Source of the DNA: an uncultured Acidobacteriota bacterium
Lineage (GTDB): Bacteria; Acidobacteriota; JAQAZP01
Direction of reading: 5' to 3'
Length of the DNA: 64,000 bases
Assembly (NCBI GenBank): GCA_963836075.1
Contig: CAWIIB010000009.1
Coordinates: 96,001-160,000, forward strand
Of the stretch, positions 60,366-64,000 are shown piece after piece (the stretch's first letter is position 1; each line of letters opens with the position of its first letter). The notes beneath the pieces were generated by a model, which did not search any database, was not told where the DNA came from, and was given only the letters and a program-made list of their open reading frames with translations. Both the position numbers and the translations under genes were made by a program.

Positions 60366-61010
60366 CTACCTCCTTTCGGCAGTGTCCACCCGCTCTTCGG
60401 CGTAGCCCGCGATACGGTCCACGTCGATGCGGAACGGCCCTGCCTGTTTGCCGGCAATCAGAAGTCCGAGCTGGCGGATCCGCCCGGGGTCCAGCGGCGG
60501 GACACCGGGGACCTGCCGGCCGCGCCAGGTGGTTTCAAATCCCGAGAAGGGCAGCCGCACCGTGACCCATTCGTCCGCCCGGGTTTCGAACGTCGATTGC
60601 CAGGCAACACCGTCGAACCGGTCGTCGGTGCGCAGGCGAAAGCTGTAGCGTTTGCCGTCGCCTCGCACCCGCAAGGTTATCCCGTCATACCCTTCGAGGC
60701 CGTATGCCCCGGGAACGGAGCGCACCGAAGCGAAACCGCCGTTGTTCTCCAGGGAGACCGACCCGCGAAAGACACCGAAATCGTCGCCGTCCGCCAGGAA
60801 CTCGCTCCGCGACAGTCCGCCCATCACTCCGTCGTTGACAATCTGCCAGGTTCCCCGATCTCCCCCGGCACTGAAATCGATGAGCGCCCGCTCCTCCATC
60901 TTACTCCCGCCTTCCCCGGAAACCGGCCCGGCCACCGCCAGCGAGAGCAGCGTCATCAGCACGCCCCGCTGGAAAACCTCGAACTGTCTGCTGTTGAGTA
61001 TCCGTTTCAT
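60366..61010 (-). CDS. CIA30 family protein
   Basis: WQIVNDGVMGGLS, VSLENNGGFASVR, VRGDGKRY. Confidence 0.88.
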   Translation of the reverse strand: MKRILNSRQFEVFQRGVLMTLLSLAVAGPVSGEGGSKMEERALIDFSAGGDRGTWQIVNDGVMGGLSRSEFLADGDDFGVFRGSVSLENNGGFASVRSVPGAYGLEGYDGITLRVRGDGKRYSFRLRTDDRFDGVAWQSTFETRADEWVTVRLPFSGFETTWRGRQVPGVPPLDPGRIRQLGLLIAGKQAGPFRIDVDRIAGYAEERVDTAERR

Positions 61011-61042
61011 GATCATCCTCTTTTCAACGTTCCACCGCAAGC

Positions 61043-61558
61043 TCACCAGCCCATGGAGCCCGGCTGGCCCTTGAACGGCCCGACCAGGTTGCTGGTTATC
61101 CAACCGCCGTAAAAACCGCCGGGCTGGGGCCGGGCCCGCTCGCCGTCGACCAGGCAGGCGCCCATCAGTTCGGCGTAGAAGGCCACGTGGTCCTGGATGG
61201 CGCTGAATGCCTCCTTGGGCGAGCGGTAGCGCCAGGCCGCGCGGGCCGCAATCCTCTCCCCCACCCGAAGGTCGAGATAGTCTGCCGTCCCCTTCCACTC
61301 GCAGAACGACGAACCGCCGTCCGCGCTGAGCAGAGGCATGCGGATGTCGCCGGGCGGGATGTAGTAGACCGGCGGGTGGCTGGTCTCCAGCACCCGCATC
61401 GCCCTCGTCGTGTCGGCGATCACCTCGTTGTTGAAGATCACCTGGACGTGCCCGTGAAACCGCTCCACCCGCGGCGGCCGCGGATAGTCCCACACCGACT
61501 CGATGAGAGAAGCCCGCCGCGATTTCGCTCTCTTTCCCTTTCCCTTCGCCATGTTCAT
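61043..61558 (-). CDS. DUF427 family protein
   Basis: ESVWDYPRPP, LETSHPPVYYIP, SFCEWKG, FYGGWIT. Confidence 0.85.
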   Translation of the reverse strand: MNMAKGKGKRAKSRRASLIESVWDYPRPPRVERFHGHVQVIFNNEVIADTTRAMRVLETSHPPVYYIPPGDIRMPLLSADGGSSFCEWKGTADYLDLRVGERIAARAAWRYRSPKEAFSAIQDHVAFYAELMGACLVDGERARPQPGGFYGGWITSNLVGPFKGQPGSMGW

Positions 61559-61586
61559 CGTGTCACGCCTTTTCGTCATCCGATAG

Positions 61587-62312
61587 TCATTTGAGCAGCC
61601 GCAGCGAGCCGATGCCGCCGTCCACCGCCAGGACCTGCCCGGTGATCCAGCCGTTCTCCTCGTCGAGGAGCCCGCATGCCCAGCGGGCGATATCATCAGG
61701 TTGCCCCACGCGCCCCAGCGGATGCCGGCCGGCCGCCGCGCTCCGCTTCTCGTCACTGGAGAGCAGCCGCCCGGCCAGCGGCGTGTCGGTGAGCGACGGG
61801 GCGACGGCGTTGACCCGGATCCCCGGCGCCAGTTCGGCGGCCAGCGACCTGGTCAGTCCCTCCACCGCACCCTTGGCGCTGGCCACCGAAGCGTGAAAGG
61901 GCATGCCGGTCTGCACCGCGACGGTGCTGAAGAGCACGATGCCGGCCGACGGTTCGGCCCGCTTGAGCAGCGGCAGGGCAGCCTGGATCACCGACACCGC
62001 GCCGAGCAGGTTGACCTTGAAGTCCTCGAGAAAATCGTCGGCCTTCAGCTGACGGAAGGGCCGCAGCCGGATCGTTCCCGGGCAGTAGGCCAGGCCGTGC
62101 AGCACATCCGGGAGCTGGTCCAGGGGAAGGTCCTGTTCCACCGCGTCGCAGCGGATGAAGCTGACGCTGTCGTTCTGCAGCTGCGATTGCTGCTCCCCGC
62201 CGGCCGACCGGCCGGCGACATAGACACTGCGTCCGCGCCAGACCAGCTGGTCCACCATGGCCCGGCCGATGCCGGACCCGCCGCCGACGATGAGATAGTT
62301 TCTTTTATTCAT
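61587..62312 (-). CDS. Short-chain dehydrogenase/reductase (atypical HxxxxxxK type)
   Basis: GGGSGIG, YCPGTIRLRPF, FSTVAVQTGMPFHASVASAKGAVEG, ITGQVLAVDGG. Confidence 0.88.
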   Translation of the reverse strand: MNKRNYLIVGGGSGIGRAMVDQLVWRGRSVYVAGRSAGGEQQSQLQNDSVSFIRCDAVEQDLPLDQLPDVLHGLAYCPGTIRLRPFRQLKADDFLEDFKVNLLGAVSVIQAALPLLKRAEPSAGIVLFSTVAVQTGMPFHASVASAKGAVEGLTRSLAAELAPGIRVNAVAPSLTDTPLAGRLLSSDEKRSAAAGRHPLGRVGQPDDIARWACGLLDEENGWITGQVLAVDGGIGSLRLLK

Positions 62313-62361
62313 ATGCCTGCTCCATTCACCATCACGAGGCCCTCCTTATTGAAGACAGCAT

Positions 62362-62410
62362 GATTGTATTATATTTGTCTATGTTTTGTCAAGATAAATA
62401 TATACAATTC
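62362..62410 (-). promoter_or_regulatory. Promoter with 11-bp-periodic operator (CarH/LitR-like)
   Basis: Minus strand TTGACA-AAACA-TAGACA-AATAT-AATACA; TTGACA-N18-TACAAT. Confidence 0.65.
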
Positions 62411-62499
62411 TCGCAAAGGGATGAAATCAATGGGGATGGCGGATTACCGGACGACCTACCGTAAGGAGGGGTAACAGATGGGACCCGATTCCGTAAATC

Positions 62500-63063
62500 C
62501 TACGGTTTTCCACTGCCGCTTCCACTGCCCTGCGCCGTCATCTCGAACTCGCCGGGATCGTAGCCCTGCTCCCGGAGAATGGTCTGCACCGCCGCCCACT
62601 GTTCGTCGCCGAGCGCTGCCGACCGGGCGAGGACCCAGCCGTAGCGGCGGTCGGGGTGCCCGATCACCGCGTATTCGTAACCCGGACCGAGGCCAATGAT
62701 CCAGTAGTCGCCCCAGAAGAGCTGTAACCCGAACAGCCGCACGAAGCTGACTTCCAGTTTCGCCCCGGTTGCGGCGTCGACCACCCGGGCGACACCCGCG
62801 GCCTCGCTCACGCCGCCGTCGGCCTCGATGCAGCGGTTCACCACCCCGATCATCCCGTCCTCCCGCAGGGTGTACTCGGCGGTGGTCCCGCTCGCGCACT
62901 TCCGCTGAAAACGGTTGGGGATCTTCGCGATCTCGTACCACAGCCCGGCGTAGCGCTGAAGGTCCACCGAGTCCACGGTCTGCGGCGGCCGCTTACCGGC
63001 CGCTCCGGCGGTTGCCGCCGCGAGCCCGAAAATGATCAGGCACCCGATAAGGAGCTTGTCCAC
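62500..63063 (-). CDS. blc: Lipocalin (Blc-like)
   Basis: VDLQRYAGLWYEIA, GDYWII, YGWVLARS; signal peptide. Confidence 0.88.
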   Translation of the reverse strand: MDKLLIGCLIIFGLAAATAGAAGKRPPQTVDSVDLQRYAGLWYEIAKIPNRFQRKCASGTTAEYTLREDGMIGVVNRCIEADGGVSEAAGVARVVDAATGAKLEVSFVRLFGLQLFWGDYWIIGLGPGYEYAVIGHPDRRYGWVLARSAALGDEQWAAVQTILREQGYDPGEFEMTAQGSGSGSGKP

Positions 63064-63124
63064 TCTCGATTCCTCCCCGTCGGTGAAGGCCAGCTATTCC
63101 ACAAGGCTGGCACACTACAGTTGA

Positions 63125-63170
63125 TGTGCAACAAATTATTGACAAATATTATAGATTAATTATACAATCG
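63125..63170 (+). promoter_or_regulatory. Promoter with four 11-bp-periodic repeats (CarH/LitR-like)
   Basis: GCAACA(63128)-TTGACA(63139)-TATAGA(63150)-TATACA(63161); TTGACA-N18-TACAAT. Confidence 0.65.
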
Positions 63171-63217
63171 AACCGACGACAATTGCAAGAGTACTTTTCC
63201 CAATCAGAGAACGAGCG

Positions 63218-64000
63218 ATGAAACGCCAGGAAAACAGAATGGATGCAGCGGCCCGGGAAACGGTGCTGGTCACCGGGGCCACCGGGTATATCGGCGGGCG
63301 GCTGGTGCCCCGCCTGCTCGATGCCGGCTACGCCGTGTGCTGCCTGGTGCGTGACCCGCGCAAACTGGTCCACCGCCCGTGGGCCGAGCGGTCCGATGTG
63401 ACGGTGGTGACCGGTGACGCCGCCGACGCGGCGTCACTGGAGCGGGCAGCCGCCGGGTGCACCGCTGCCTACTACCTGGTCCACTCCATGGTGGCGGCGG
63501 GCGCTTCGTATGCCGAAACCGACCGGCGCCTGGCAGGCACCTTCGCCGCCGCCATGTCGGCCGCCGGCGTGCGGCGGATCGTCTACCTCGCCGGCCTCGG
63601 CGAGAGCGAGGGAGATCTCAGCGAGCACCTCTCGTCGCGCCGGGAAGTTGAGTCGTCGCTGCGCGCCGGCGACGTGCCGGTGACCGTGCTGCGGGCGGCG
63701 ATGATCATCGGTTCCGGCTCGGCCTCGTTCGAGATCCTGCGCTACCTCGTGGAGCGGTTGCCGGTGATGACGACGCCGCGGTGGGTCAGCACTCCGAGCC
63801 AGCCCATTGCGGTGCGCAACGTGCTCCACTACCTGGTGGCCTGTCTCGAAGTGGAAGAGACCGCCGGCGAGATCCTGGACATCGGTGGCCCCGATGTGCT
63901 GACCTACCGCGAACTGATGCAGGAAATGGCCGGCGTGCTCGGTCTGCCCCGCCGGCTGATCATCCCGGTCCCGGTGCTCACCCCGAAACTCAGTGCGCTC
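63218..64000 (+). CDS. YbjT-like NAD(P)H-binding SDR, truncated by the window end
   Basis: [47 protein letters not shown]; absent from the ORF track because no stop is in view. Confidence 0.85.
   Translation, partial: MKRQENRMDAAARETVLVTGATGYIGGRLVPRLLDAGYAVCCLVRDPRKLVHRPWAERSDVTVVTGDAADAASLERAAAGCTAAYYLVHSMVAAGASYAETDRRLAGTFAAAMSAAGVRRIVYLAGLGESEGDLSEHLSSRREVESSLRAGDVPVTVLRAAMIIGSGSASFEILRYLVERLPVMTTPRWVSTPSQPIAVRNVLHYLVACLEVEETAGEILDIGGPDVLTYRELMQEMAGVLGLPRRLIIPVPVLTPKLSAL

Overview
This is a GC-rich, gene-dense bacterial window. The lineage cannot be fixed from sequence alone; the gene mix fits an uncultured diderm, facultatively anaerobic or microaerobic lineage such as Acidobacteriota or Desulfobacterota relatives (inference). 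No rRNA, tRNA, CRISPR array, integrase or transposase is visible. Left part (to about 20.6 kb): a PP2C phosphatase, an aromatic carotenoid operon (crtY/crtE, crtI, crtB, DUF2141, crtU, Rieske), a membrane hydrolase, a methyltransferase, mvaD, cydAB, secreted proteins, a lipocalin, and a 60-aa two-Cys, Gly-Gly-ending protein facing a glutaredoxin-ferredoxin:thioredoxin reductase fusion. Middle part (20.6-48.6 kb): two RND systems with unusual outer-membrane-factor fusions flanking glgP-pfkA, egtBD, a CreBC-like two-component system with its probable operators, an FAD oxidoreductase and a transglutaminase-like protein. Right part: a nine-gene lipid transport/modification operon (barrel, Lol-like ABC, LolA-like, RPH-type dikinase, divergent PlsY, lipase, acyl-reductase), a second copy of the small protein, a UGA/selenocysteine peroxiredoxin with a SECIS hairpin, and a light/oxidative-stress gene set under CarH/LitR-like operators. 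At least seven single-base indels break conserved genes and look like long-read consensus errors, so every fusion was checked against that risk. The best novelty candidates are the dikinase-PlsY lipid operon, the RND-OMF polyprotein with an internal lipobox, and the duplicated Cys/GG microprotein tied to thiol-redox enzymes.
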